From an uncultured Parcubacteria group bacterium (GTDB lineage: Bacteria; Patescibacteriota; Minisyncoccia; Phycocordibacterales; UBA2100): a stretch of DNA of 57,273 nt. This document shows positions 1 through 9,440 of the stretch, in pieces (the stretch's first letter is position 1; each line of letters starts with the position of its first letter). The notes beneath the pieces are model-generated. The model ran no database searches, had not been told where the DNA came from, and was given only the letters and a program-made list of their open reading frames with translations. The translations under genes were made by a program, and so were the position numbers. Location: assembly GCA_947085915.1 (NCBI GenBank), contig CAMTYD010000031.1, positions 1-57,273 on the forward strand, in the 5' to 3' direction.

Positions 1-31
1 CCCAACCAAACACAATACCCCCGCCATAATT

Positions 32-646
32 TCAAACCCCGGCCCCCACCCCCTGGCCAACCCCCCGTGCGCAAACCCGCCGGCCGCGCGCGCCGGGGGC
101 CCCCGCCTCTCTGATGAGCTCCTCATGTCGCGGACGGTCGAGTGCAGCAACGATAAGCTCTGAAACTTCTTTTCCGAGTGCCTTGGCAACCTTCTGTATG
201 TTGTCGGCAACAGGAGCATCGAGATCTATCACATCTTTTGCCTTGGGTCCGACGGCGATTTTCTGCATATAGGAATCCGCCGCGTGGTAGAGAGAGCCAG
301 CAGGACCTGTCGCAATGACAGCGAGCGCATTCGGAAATCCGTTGGCCACTGAATCAGTACATTCGAGCGGGTCGACGGCAATCTCGATGACCGGCCCCGT
401 ACCATTACCAAGCTTTTCTCCGATGTAGAGCTCATGTGATTCGTCTTTGGCTCCTTCGCCGATGACTATCTCTCCTTGAAAATCGATTGTGTTGAACTGG
501 GCGCGCATTGCATCCACCGCGGCCTTGTCGGCGGCTTTACCATCCCCTCTTCCAATCCATTTTGCAGCTGCAATGGCCGCAAGTTCGGTCACGCGCACAA
601 ACTCGAGTGCCAAATTTGCGGAAGAGGAAGCCGAGTCAGACTTCAT
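32..646 (-). CDS. glpX: Class II fructose-1,6-bisphosphatase (GlpX), N-terminal ~190 aa; 3' end degraded or truncated at the contig edge
   Basis: The ORF translation matches the GlpX pattern up to ...LDRPRHEELIREAGA. After that it becomes Gly/Arg-rich nonsense encoded by the C/G-rich first ~110 nt. GlpX is normally ~320 aa. Confidence 0.8.
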   Translation of the reverse strand: MKSDSASSSANLALEFVRVTELAAIAAAKWIGRGDGKAADKAAVDAMRAQFNTIDFQGEIVIGEGAKDESHELYIGEKLGNGTGPVIEIAVDPLECTDSVANGFPNALAVIATGPAGSLYHAADSYMQKIAVGPKAKDVIDLDAPVADNIQKVAKALGKEVSELIVAALDRPRHEELIREAGAPGARGRRVCARGVGQGVGAGV

Positions 647-714
647 AGTGCCATCAGCGTACGCTGCCGGATGTGGGAGTCAAGTGGATAATCAGGGTCA
701 TGTGTGAAGAACTC

Positions 715-1182
715 CTACTTGATATTGATTATCTTGTACTTCTGAGCTCCTTTCGGTGTATCAAACGCAAATGTATCTCCGCGCTTCTTGTCCATGAGGG
801 CAGAACCGAGCGGTGAAAGGTGCGATATTTTGTGTTCTTGCATATTCGCCTCCGCAGAACCGACTATTTCGTACGTGTGCTCTTCTTTCTCACCCTGCTT
901 CTGTATGGTGACGACACTTCCGAGTGAAATCGCATTTCCTTTAGGATGTTCGATGATGCGGGCATGGCTGAGCTGCTCTTCGATAACGCGAATGCGGTCT
1001 TCGGTAGCTGCCTGGAGATTGCGCGCCTCCTCGTATTCGGCGTTCTCAGAGAGATCGCCAAGGGAACGTGCGTATTCGAGCTGTTCTGCTATCTCGCGGC
1101 GACGAACGGTCTTCATGTGCTCAAGCTCGGTCGTCAGTTCGTCGAATTTTTCTTTGCTCAAATAATTAGTTGCATCTGTCAT
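715..1182 (-). CDS. greA: Transcription elongation factor GreA
   Basis: Typical GreA coiled-coil N-terminus (MTDATNYLSKEKFDEL...EYEEA) and C-terminal globular domain. Start moved to the internal ATG at 1182. Confidence 0.9.
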   Translation of the reverse strand: MTDATNYLSKEKFDELTTELEHMKTVRRREIAEQLEYARSLGDLSENAEYEEARNLQAATEDRIRVIEEQLSHARIIEHPKGNAISLGSVVTIQKQGEKEEHTYEIVGSAEANMQEHKISHLSPLGSALMDKKRGDTFAFDTPKGAQKYKIINIK

Positions 1183-1233
1183 ATATATTTTTGGTTCGCG
1201 CGCATTGTAACCTATCCACAAAAAAAGCAAAGC

Positions 1234-2952
1234 CTACTCAACATACTCGGGATGATTGGCCACAAGCCACTGGAAAAACTCACGTACGCCGTGTCCCGCG
1301 CCGATTGCAGTTGCAGAGGGCGCTTGTTCGAATACCACGGCAAAAGCATAGCGGGGTTGTTCGCTCGGCCAATATCCTATGTTCCACGAATTCACCCACT
1401 CGTTGTTTGCACCGAGCTGCGCCGTGCCTGATTTTCCCGAAAGGACGATGCCGGGGATTTGATAGAGCGCGAGAGTTGAATCACGCCTGTCGGATGTGAC
1501 TGCAAGGCGCATACCTTCGCGCACGACTTGGAGGTACTCATCGGGAATACCGATTGATGTAGTCTCCGGTGTCGAGCTTGCGAGAAGCTGTGGGGTAAGG
1601 AGCGAGCCGCCGTTGGCTATCGCTGCGGCAAACCGCACGGCCTGGATAGGCGTAATTTGGAATCCGTACTGTCCGATAGATGTGTGGTAGGTATTACCCG
1701 TCCGCCAAATGGGATCATTCGGAAAGACTCTTGCCTTCCATTCGGGTGTAGGAATTACTCCCGCCACCTCGCCAGGCAAGACAATCCCGGTCGTCGAGCC
1801 AATGCCGAACAGGCGGGCATATTCATCGATTTTGGTAATCCCAAGGCCTTTTTGGTCTTCGTATCCCCCACCGACAACGTAGAAATATTCGTCTGACGAC
1901 ACGGCGATTGCTTCGCGCATATTGACCCATCCGTGCACCGTCCAATCACGAAAGACCGACGGTCTTGAGGGGTCATAGGGATTAGGGAGTATCAAGGCAC
2001 CCTTGGACAGTATTTTCTTCTCCGGCGAAATAATATTTTCATTCAGAGCCGCTGCAGCGAATATCAATTTCATAATAGAACCGGGTGCATAGAGCCCGCC
2101 TATGGCGCGGTCGAGCATCGGAGTTCTCTTATCTGAAAGTGCGGAGCGTATGGCGGCAGTCTCCCCATCGTTGAATGCCTGGTTATCGTATTCGGGAAAA
2201 CTCGTCAGAGCGATTATTTCTCCCGTATGCACATCCATGATGATCGCGGCACCTCCTCTGTAGTTCTGTATGCGCGCGCGTTCTCTGAGAATCTTGTGGA
2301 GTGCGGTCTGTACATCCGCATCAATCGAAAGCTTCAAATCAGCACCGGGCTCCGGAGGAGATACGATATCTTCCCTCTGGACAGCATTACGGGCATCGGT
2401 TTCTGTCATAGAACTTCCGTTCTGACCTTTCAACACCTCATTGAAAGCGAGCTCCGTTCCTGATTTCCCGACATATTCCTCACGCCACCAGTTGCCTTTT
2501 GAATCTGCCTTGGGGTACTGAAGGAATCCGAGGAGGTGAGCAAAACCCGGCGACTCAGTATATTTTCTAAGCGCATATGTCGAGCTCGTCGCTGTTGTGC
2601 CGCTCGGTACTTCATTCCAGGCAAGCTCTTTCCCATTTCTATCCAAAATAAGCCCGCGGGTCGCAAAGACTATCGTGCGGTCGAGCGTGTTGTTGCGGGA
2701 AATATCTGCGTACGAAGAACCATCTATGACCTCAAGACTAAAAGCACGGATGGCAAAAGCTACGGAAACAATGAAGAAGACCAAGCCGACGGCGAGGATT
2801 GCGCGATTGGAGAGAGCTGCAACGACCCGGCCCTCGAATTGTGCTGCGTTGTGCCCCGGAAGATTCGACGAATCCAGAAATATCTCGTCCGGAGCGATAT
2901 CGTAGGCCGGTCTCGTGCGGCGAAAGAATCTCATTCTCCCACTATACCTCAT
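1234..2952 (-). CDS. mrdA: Penicillin-binding protein 2 (elongation transpeptidase)
   Basis: N-terminal TM helix, PBP dimerisation domain and transpeptidase domain. Sits downstream of mreBCD. Confidence 0.85.
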   Translation of the reverse strand: MRYSGRMRFFRRTRPAYDIAPDEIFLDSSNLPGHNAAQFEGRVVAALSNRAILAVGLVFFIVSVAFAIRAFSLEVIDGSSYADISRNNTLDRTIVFATRGLILDRNGKELAWNEVPSGTTATSSTYALRKYTESPGFAHLLGFLQYPKADSKGNWWREEYVGKSGTELAFNEVLKGQNGSSMTETDARNAVQREDIVSPPEPGADLKLSIDADVQTALHKILRERARIQNYRGGAAIIMDVHTGEIIALTSFPEYDNQAFNDGETAAIRSALSDKRTPMLDRAIGGLYAPGSIMKLIFAAAALNENIISPEKKILSKGALILPNPYDPSRPSVFRDWTVHGWVNMREAIAVSSDEYFYVVGGGYEDQKGLGITKIDEYARLFGIGSTTGIVLPGEVAGVIPTPEWKARVFPNDPIWRTGNTYHTSIGQYGFQITPIQAVRFAAAIANGGSLLTPQLLASSTPETTSIGIPDEYLQVVREGMRLAVTSDRRDSTLALYQIPGIVLSGKSGTAQLGANNEWVNSWNIGYWPSEQPRYAFAVVFEQAPSATAIGAGHGVREFFQWLVANHPEYVE

Positions 2953-2978
2953 CGTATCTTGCCGCCGGAAGCGGAGGC

Positions 2979-3251
2979 TTACGGACGAAGAAATTGATTA
3001 CGAAGCGGCGCGCACATCCAGACCAATGCGATGCTCGCAATAAGAAAGAAAGGCACTTCAAATCCCTGACCAGGAAGCCACAGGAGGTCCATCAGAAGAC
3101 CGATGAAGAGGGCCTCCCACGCGGGATAGCGTAGAGCGAGTGCAGCAATGCACGCGAGAGGAATCCACCACGGTGCAAAAAATGCACCCAACATACCGAT
3201 GGAGGCAATTAAAAACCGTATCTTAGTTTCTGATGGGAAGGATATAAACAT
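2979..3251 (-). CDS. Small polytopic membrane protein, MreD-like by position
   Basis: Hydrophobic ~90-aa ORF between mreC and pbp2. The start choice (ATG 3251 or 3194) is uncertain. No strong sequence motif. Confidence 0.45.
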   Translation of the reverse strand: MFISFPSETKIRFLIASIGMLGAFFAPWWIPLACIAALALRYPAWEALFIGLLMDLLWLPGQGFEVPFFLIASIALVWMCAPLRNQFLRP

Positions 3252-4014
3252 ATCTAAGCGATGAAAGATTAACGGGAAGCGTGATGAAAATTTCCTGCGA
3301 TGCGCTCGCGGAGCTCGAAGCAATACTGCCGACAATGCCTATCGGACGCTGCCCCAACAGGGGTGCGACGACGGGCTCGTTTATCCGCACCGTAAGCGCC
3401 CGCGGGATCTTGGTGCGTGCGTTGCCGCCACCCGAGCCGACCACAGGAAATGTCGCTCCTCCGACTATGGCCTCCGTGGACACACCCGGCGCGAATAATT
3501 CCGCCACAGTTGCTGTATGCGCACCAACGTCGGTGACTTTACCCACGACGAATCCCCCGCTCGTAACCACAAAACTATCGCGCGTAATGCCTTCGGCTTC
3601 TCCCGCACCTATCAAAAATGTCCCATACGGAGACGTACGTGTTGATGAAACGACGGGAGCGGTGACTCCCCGCGCATCGCCCAACGAACCTTCAACGAGA
3701 TTCACGAATCCGCGAAGTTGTTCGTTCTCGGCAAGCAAGACCTCATAGCTGCCCGCGCGCTCTTCGAATTGCGCGAGCTCTTCTGTGAGAAAACGATTCC
3801 TTGCTTCGAGGGATGCCCGTGTTGAAAATATCCCTCCGGTGATGCTCGTCCCGATGCGCCGAGACCATTCACTCACAACGACAACTCCGTCACGCAACCG
3901 GTGCCGGATGGAACCACCCGTGAGTACATCCAGAAGAAATAAAAAAACAACAAGTACCGTGAGCGCAAACAATCGCCTGTGTGGACTCTTATTCTGTCGG
4001 TACGAGTTCATCAT
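3223..4014 (-). CDS. mreC: Rod shape-determining protein MreC
   Basis: N-terminal TM helix, coiled coil (LEARNRFLTEELAQFE) and beta-rich C-terminus. Lies directly downstream of mreB. Start set to the MM at 4014 to limit overlap with mreB. Confidence 0.8.
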   Translation of the reverse strand: MMNSYRQNKSPHRRLFALTVLVVFLFLLDVLTGGSIRHRLRDGVVVVSEWSRRIGTSITGGIFSTRASLEARNRFLTEELAQFEERAGSYEVLLAENEQLRGFVNLVEGSLGDARGVTAPVVSSTRTSPYGTFLIGAGEAEGITRDSFVVTSGGFVVGKVTDVGAHTATVAELFAPGVSTEAIVGGATFPVVGSGGGNARTKIPRALTVRINEPVVAPLLGQRPIGIVGSIASSSASASQEIFITLPVNLSSLRYVYILPIRN

Positions 4015-5068
4015 CGTTATTGAGGAGCGCTTCGCGGTACGCATCGATATCGTTGAGAACGACCGACGTGCCACGTACGACAGCAGTCAGCGGGTCAGGA
4101 GCGACGATAACGGCTACCCCAAGAGCGTCTGTGAGAAATTCCGGCAGGCCGCGTATGAGCGCTCCACCTCCTGCAAGGTAGATACCGCGCTGCATAACAT
4201 CCGAAATGATCTCCGGCTGTGTCGTCTCCAGTACTTCCTTTATTGATTCGACAAGCTCTTCTATGGAGTGCCCGATAGCATTCCGTACATCCTGGTCTGA
4301 GATGCTCATTTCACGCGGTAGCCCTGTCACCAGGTCGCGGCCACGCACGAGTACCTCAAGCGAGACCCTGTTGGGTGAGATAGACGCAATGGCTATTTTC
4401 GTCTCTTCTGCAGTCTTATCCCCGATAAGCATTTTGAATTCATTGCGGACATGACTGATGATATCTGTATTGAATTTGTCGCCCGCGATGCGGACGTTGC
4501 GAGAATTCACCAGGCCACCGAGTGCGATGACGCCGATATCGGTCGTACCTCCGCCGATATCGACAATCATATTGCCGCGAGGCTCGTGTACCGGTAATTC
4601 AATTCCGATAGCGGCAGCCATTGGTTCTTCGATAATGTGCACTTCGCGCGCGCCTGCAGCGCGCGCCGCATCGCGCACCGCCCGTATTTCTACGGATGTG
4701 ATACCTGATGGTACTCCCACGACGACACGCGGCCCGAGCAGCTTCGTATGCCCTGCCTGCGCTTTCCCGATGAGGTACGAGAGCATCTCAGAAGTGACTT
4801 CGAAGTCAGAAATAACGCCGTCCACCACTGGCTGAACCGCCTGAATGTGCGCTGGTGTGCGACCGAGCATTTCTTTGGCTTGTGCGCCGACAGCGACCAC
4901 CTGCCCCGTCTTTGTGTTCATCGCGACTATCGAAGGCTCGTTGATGACAATGCCGCGGCCTTTTACGTATACGAGCGTATTGGCAGTACCGAGGTCGATG
5001 CCAATATCATTTGAAAAAAGACCGAGGACCCGATCTATATAGCGACGACCTGCTTCCATGAATCCCAT
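3989..5068 (-). CDS. mreB: Rod shape-determining actin homolog MreB
   Basis: LFSNDIGIDLGTANTLVY, DIGGGTTD and LAGGGALIRGL motifs. Confidence 0.95.
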   Translation of the reverse strand: MGFMEAGRRYIDRVLGLFSNDIGIDLGTANTLVYVKGRGIVINEPSIVAMNTKTGQVVAVGAQAKEMLGRTPAHIQAVQPVVDGVISDFEVTSEMLSYLIGKAQAGHTKLLGPRVVVGVPSGITSVEIRAVRDAARAAGAREVHIIEEPMAAAIGIELPVHEPRGNMIVDIGGGTTDIGVIALGGLVNSRNVRIAGDKFNTDIISHVRNEFKMLIGDKTAEETKIAIASISPNRVSLEVLVRGRDLVTGLPREMSISDQDVRNAIGHSIEELVESIKEVLETTQPEIISDVMQRGIYLAGGGALIRGLPEFLTDALGVAVIVAPDPLTAVVRGTSVVLNDIDAYREALLNNDDELVPTE

Positions 5069-5070
5069 AC

Positions 5071-6324
5071 CTAATTGCGGATGCGTTCGATTATTTCATT
5101 CTCTGAAACGATTGATGTGCCGCCGTTCTGACGGCCGCTTACTTCGACGCCGCCTTCTGCCATCGTCTTTTCCGAGACAACAATGCGCATCGGAATACCA
5201 ATCAGATCGGCATCGGCAAATTTCTCTCCTGCGCGCGCATCACGGTCGTCGTAGAGCGCTTCGACTCCGTTTTCCTTGAGAAGTTCGTACAAGCGGTCTG
5301 CCTCAGCGGTGACATCGGCATTTCCACTCGAAATGGAAATCAGGTGTACCGGAAATGGTGCCACCTCCGTCGGCCATACAATCCCCTTTTCATCAGCGAA
5401 TACTTCCACAAGAGCCCCCATCAAACGCGAGCATCCAAGTCCGTAGCAGCCCATGATTGGCGATTTCTGAGACCCATCTTTTTCTTTGTATGTGAGACCG
5501 AGCGCGTCGGAGAATCTCGTTCCCAAGCTGAAAATATTTCCGACCTCGATAGCCTTCTTCTCCTCCAATTCTGACTTCGAAACTCCCAAGTCGGTCAACA
5601 CTTCATCATTCATAACCTCCTTGTTGACCGCGATCTTCTTTGCAGCGCTTACGTAAATAGTATCTTCGCCTATATCCGAAAGGCACTGAAATTCGTGACT
5701 ATACTTCGAAAATACCCCGCCGGAAGCAAAGGTTCGGTACGTGCGCTCTCCGATTCCAACACGCTGAAAAACCTTCATATACGCCCCCGCTACGGATTCA
5801 TACAAACGTTCGTGCTCTTGTTGCGAGGCAGCAAAGGTGTAGAGATCTTTCATCAGAAACTCCCGACCGCGCATGATGCCGCTTTTGGCCCGCTCTTCGT
5901 TGCGGTATTTCCATTGGATGTGATACGCGAGCTTCGGAAGATCGTTATAGGAGCTGAAGTAATCACGCATGATGTTGGTCATAGGTTCTTCCTGTGTAAA
6001 CCCGAGTCCGACATCTGCACCGTTCTTTAATTTCGTTTTGAACCAATTGTCGACTACCGCATCGTCCCAACGACCCGTTTTCTCCCATAGCTCTTTACTC
6101 TGCAAGACAGACATCAAGAGCTCTTGTCCCCCGACCGCATTCATTTCTTCGCGAACGATGTTGTTGATTTTATTGAGCACGCGAAGCCCGAGCGGCAAAA
6201 AGGAATACACGCCCGCCATTTCTTTGTGGATGAATCCGCCGCGGATGAGAAGCTGGGCATTCTTCGCAACTTCATCTTTCGGCGCGTGTTTGCGGGTCTT
6301 CGTGAAGAGCTGTGATTGCCGCAT
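5071..6324 (-). CDS. proS: Prolyl-tRNA synthetase, short form without the bacterial insertion (editing) domain
   Basis: MRQSQLFTKT...AQLLIRGGFI N-terminus, class II core and C-terminal anticodon-binding domain. ~417 aa. Alternative start at 6336. Confidence 0.9.
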   Translation of the reverse strand: MRQSQLFTKTRKHAPKDEVAKNAQLLIRGGFIHKEMAGVYSFLPLGLRVLNKINNIVREEMNAVGGQELLMSVLQSKELWEKTGRWDDAVVDNWFKTKLKNGADVGLGFTQEEPMTNIMRDYFSSYNDLPKLAYHIQWKYRNEERAKSGIMRGREFLMKDLYTFAASQQEHERLYESVAGAYMKVFQRVGIGERTYRTFASGGVFSKYSHEFQCLSDIGEDTIYVSAAKKIAVNKEVMNDEVLTDLGVSKSELEEKKAIEVGNIFSLGTRFSDALGLTYKEKDGSQKSPIMGCYGLGCSRLMGALVEVFADEKGIVWPTEVAPFPVHLISISSGNADVTAEADRLYELLKENGVEALYDDRDARAGEKFADADLIGIPMRIVVSEKTMAEGGVEVSGRQNGGTSIVSENEIIERIRN

Positions 6325-6369
6325 AGTGATATGCATTCTATCGCATCTCTTCGATATAGCGCAATTTTG

Positions 6370-6398
6370 TTGACAGTTCTGATTTCTTGGGTTAAACT
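6370..6398 (+). promoter_or_regulatory. Sigma70-like promoter TTGACA-17 nt-TAAACT
   Basis: TTGACA at 6370-6375, a 17-nt spacer, and TAAACT at 6393-6398. Points into a region with no plausible CDS. Confidence 0.4.
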
Positions 6399-6404
6399 CT
6401 TAAG

Positions 6405-6747
6405 ACGTCCGCTCTCGTTAGCAGATTCGAGACCCCAGGGTCTTTTTCTGTTTATGGGGCGACGAGATAGCAGTTCAAAAAACCAAGGGATACCCATTCG
6501 ATGATGACGCATATTCGTCTGCGAAGGCGGACTTTAGCGAGGCGGAATATTCAACCCGGCCAGATCTGTCGTGACGGCGACGCTGGCAACATGCAACAGC
6601 AGCGGACGGAGAATCACGAGATCCACTCCCGCTTGATTCAACGCCCCACACCAGGGGAAGATGTTGACGGTCGGGAAGGCACGGAACTGTAGCGGCCCAA
6701 GCCTCAGGGAGATCCAAGGAAAAGCGGATGAATCCGCAACGACATCA
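6405..6747 (+). ncRNA. Candidate structured noncoding RNA of unknown class
   Basis: Bounded by the promoter above and the terminator below. Only short Arg-rich ORFs are present. 6416-6428 can pair with 6730-6741 as a closing helix of 11 bp with one bulge and one mismatch. Confidence 0.4.
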
Positions 6748-6789
6748 GGTACCGGGCAAGCAGACGCGCTTCCCGGTACCTTTTATTTT
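6748..6789 (+). terminator. Intrinsic terminator
   Basis: Perfect 9-bp stem GGTACCGGG/CCCGGTACC followed by TTTTATTTT. Confidence 0.65.
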
Positions 6790-7879
6790 ATGTAAACAAC
6801 CGTCCTATGTCGTTGTAGGTCACTACCACCATGAGGACGACAATGACCGCAACTCCAAACGCATTGAGCATTTGTATGGCAAGGCGGGGTGCAGCGCGGC
6901 GCATGACAGCTTCGACACCGAGTACAAAGAGTCGTCCGCCATCAAGCGCTGGTATCGGGATGAGATTGATGATAGCGAGATTAATAGAGATGAGCGCTGC
7001 AAACATGAGTACCGCACCCAAGCCATTCTGTGAGGCTTCACCGACATAGCTCACAATACCGACGGGTCCGACTACTGAAGCCAAGTCAGGTGCGCCTTGT
7101 AGCGCGCCTTTGAGAAGAATCCACAGATCACCCGCTACCATTTTAAATGCATTGGCTGTCGCGGGGAACGCATCCATAAGAGCCGTGCCCCATGGCACTT
7201 CCTCTGTGGCGATAAGGACAAGCGCGATACCAAGTGCGGGCTGGGCGGCAGCGTTGGGAAGCACTGCATTCGCCGGAATGATACTCGCGGTAGTAATCAC
7301 GCCTTCGTGTATGTAGGAAATGGTCACCGGCTTCCCCGCACGGGCACGCACGAATTCAACTACGCTTTGTGATGTAAGTACTTCGACAGAGCCGCCTCTT
7401 GAATCACTTACACCCGCTATCTCATCTCCCGGCTTGATACCCGCAGCGTCTGCAGGCGAACCTGAAACGACGTCCGATACAATGAGCTGTACAGGCTGAC
7501 CGGGGAGAGCGGTCTGTACGGCCTTTGGCACACCAAGGTGAAGCGCCGTGGCAAAAAGTATCCACGCCACGATTACATTTGCGGTGACGCCCGCAACGAG
7601 CACGATAGCTTGTTTCCACCGCGGCGCGTCTATGAAGCTACCGCGGCCATGCTGAGACTGACCCTCATCACCGAAGAGCCGTACAAATCCTCCAAACGGA
7701 ATCCAATTGAGGGTGTACTCCGTATCCCCTATTTTTCCAAATCGCAAAGCACGGGGTGGATATCCCACACCAAATTCTTCTACCCGCACGCCAAAGAGCT
7801 TCGCAGCAAAAAAGTGTCCGAGCTCATGCGCGACGATAAGGAGGACAAGTATGCCGACAACGAGTAATGCGGTAATCAT
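6788..7879 (-). CDS. rseP: RIP metalloprotease RseP (site-2 protease, M50 family with PDZ domain)
   Basis: HELGHFFAAK zinc motif, PDZ-like middle region, and C-terminal NLIPIPALDGG motif. Confidence 0.9.
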   Translation of the reverse strand: MITALLVVGILVLLIVAHELGHFFAAKLFGVRVEEFGVGYPPRALRFGKIGDTEYTLNWIPFGGFVRLFGDEGQSQHGRGSFIDAPRWKQAIVLVAGVTANVIVAWILFATALHLGVPKAVQTALPGQPVQLIVSDVVSGSPADAAGIKPGDEIAGVSDSRGGSVEVLTSQSVVEFVRARAGKPVTISYIHEGVITTASIIPANAVLPNAAAQPALGIALVLIATEEVPWGTALMDAFPATANAFKMVAGDLWILLKGALQGAPDLASVVGPVGIVSYVGEASQNGLGAVLMFAALISINLAIINLIPIPALDGGRLFVLGVEAVMRRAAPRLAIQMLNAFGVAVIVVLMVVVTYNDIGRLFT

Positions 7880-8004
7880 AGCTTCATTCTACCTCCGATA
7901 TGAGCTGAGGGTATGCGTTTTCGGAGACCCCGCAGAGCTTGGCTCGAGGACAGAGGAATTTTCCAGAAGGAAAATTCCGTTCTCCGAAAATGCATACCTG
8001 ATGC

Positions 8005-8556
8005 TCATGAACTCATCTCCTCCTCTTTCTTCTCAAAGGCTGCTTCCAATTCCGCATTTGCGGCATCGACTTTCTTCTGCAGCTCTTCTTTCAATGAAAA
8101 TTTATCATCTTCGGTCAATGTCCCTTCTTTTTCTTTTTCTTGAATATCTTTCCAGGACTCATCACGTGCGACGCGCACAGTCGTGCGGGCTTCTTCGAGC
8201 TTGGCCTTGGCGAGCTTCACGAGCTGCTCTCTGCGCTCTGAGGAAAGCTCCGGGAATGTGACGCGTATATTTGTACCGTCGGAAGATGTCCCGACACCAA
8301 GATTGGCTGCACTGATAGCGCGCTCGATATCCTTGATGAGCCCTGCATCGTACGCTGAGACGCGCAGAGTACGCGCGTCTTCGACGCCGACATTACCAAC
8401 TTGCTTGAGTGGTGTCAGCGAGCCGTATGCGGAAACCATGACCCCGTCGAGAATAGCGGGCGCCGCACGGCCTGTGCGCAAACCACCATACTCTCTACCG
8501 AGCCATTCGCGTGCCGCGGCAGCTTTTCCTTCAAATGTTTTGAAATCGTAGTTCAT
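8005..8556 (-). CDS. frr: Ribosome recycling factor
   Basis: Full-length Frr pattern (LRTGRAAPAILD...NIRVTFPELSSERREQL). Confidence 0.95.
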   Translation of the reverse strand: MNYDFKTFEGKAAAAREWLGREYGGLRTGRAAPAILDGVMVSAYGSLTPLKQVGNVGVEDARTLRVSAYDAGLIKDIERAISAANLGVGTSSDGTNIRVTFPELSSERREQLVKLAKAKLEEARTTVRVARDESWKDIQEKEKEGTLTEDDKFSLKEELQKKVDAANAELEAAFEKKEEEMSS

Positions 8557-8657
8557 CCCGCTCTTTCTAGTTTAGTAATATTTTTGAGTTCTGTATTGTG
8601 TAGTGTAACAGGGGTGAGAAGAAGTTTGAAAGGGCGGGATTCATAACGCCTATTGTA

Positions 8658-9305
8658 CTACACCTTAGGTACGAGTAATGCGACTTGTTCTAGAAGCGGC
8701 TTCACCAACGCTCCTTTATCACCAATATATTTGCGCGCCCGGTAGAGAGCGTGAAGTCCGTCGTGCTTCTTCTGGAGTAATCGCTCCAGAGACGACAAGA
8801 AGCTTAGTATTTCCGACACGTCACGCTTGTCATCTTCATCTTTTTCCAGAAGCGGCTTCAGCATGTCGAGTCGTTTTTGCGGAGTCGCAGCCAAAAATGC
8901 TGGCGCATTAACCATTTCCTCCGCGTCCCCCGCCGTAGTAAGCACAAGGATTTGTGCGCGACTCCGGAGGGTGCGGAGTAACATCTCAGGAGCAGGGACG
9001 ATAAGGAAAAAGGCCGCGTCCGCAGGTGGCTCTTCAAGAGTTTTCAAAAGCGCATTTTGCGCTTCGGTGGTCATGCTTGGCGTCGAGATGATAAAGATGC
9101 GCTGCTCGCCTGCAATAGGACGCCTATTGGAACGATCACGCAATTCGATTGCATCGTCAACGCCAAACGACTTATATTCACGGATATAGATATCGGGATT
9201 GCCCTCAACCGCAATCCCCTCTGCCTTCAGTAAAGAAAGAACGCGCGGAATGGTGAGAGCCGTACCGGCCACGAGGTGTACGTTGCCGACGAGTTTGGTC
9301 TTCAT
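8658..9305 (-). CDS. holB: DNA polymerase III delta-prime-like clamp-loader subunit, short, no recognisable Walker A
   Basis: QNALLKTLEEPP and SRAQ (sensor) motifs typical of the HolB/DnaX family. The N-terminus has no GxxGxGK. Confidence 0.7.
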   Translation of the reverse strand: MKTKLVGNVHLVAGTALTIPRVLSLLKAEGIAVEGNPDIYIREYKSFGVDDAIELRDRSNRRPIAGEQRIFIISTPSMTTEAQNALLKTLEEPPADAAFFLIVPAPEMLLRTLRSRAQILVLTTAGDAEEMVNAPAFLAATPQKRLDMLKPLLEKDEDDKRDVSEILSFLSSLERLLQKKHDGLHALYRARKYIGDKGALVKPLLEQVALLVPKV

Positions 9306-9353
9306 CGAATCAGTATAGCAATTGGGTCAGAAGTGGATAACTAGGAAATTTCT

Positions 9354-9369
9354 TATCTAACGGGGTATA
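9354..9369 (+). promoter_or_regulatory. Copy of the recurrent motif TATCT(A/C)ACGGGGTATA
   Basis: TATCTAACGGGGTATA, one mismatch to the other three copies. Confidence 0.5.
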
Positions 9370-9440
9370 CCCCATGAGATATATATTCGACCTCCTCGCC
9401 CTGCTCAAAAATGTTATTCACTCTCTTTCTGTGGATAGTG

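Noticed and set aside
6405-6747. Considered calling this region tmRNA (ssrA) or RNase P RNA (rnpB).
   Set aside because: GGGGCGA at about 6465 could start a tmRNA, but I could not build a matching acceptor 3' strand with an adjacent T-arm. No frame gives a plausible tag ending in hydrophobic residues. For RNase P only short words match, and the hallmark GGAAAGUCCGG is absent. It is kept as an unclassified ncRNA candidate.
7957-7980. 10-bp hairpin GGAATTTTCC-AGAA-GGAAAATTCC between frr and rseP, considered as a terminator.
   Set aside because: No T-run follows on the minus strand where the genes lie. It may be a processing or stability hairpin, but this cannot be supported further.
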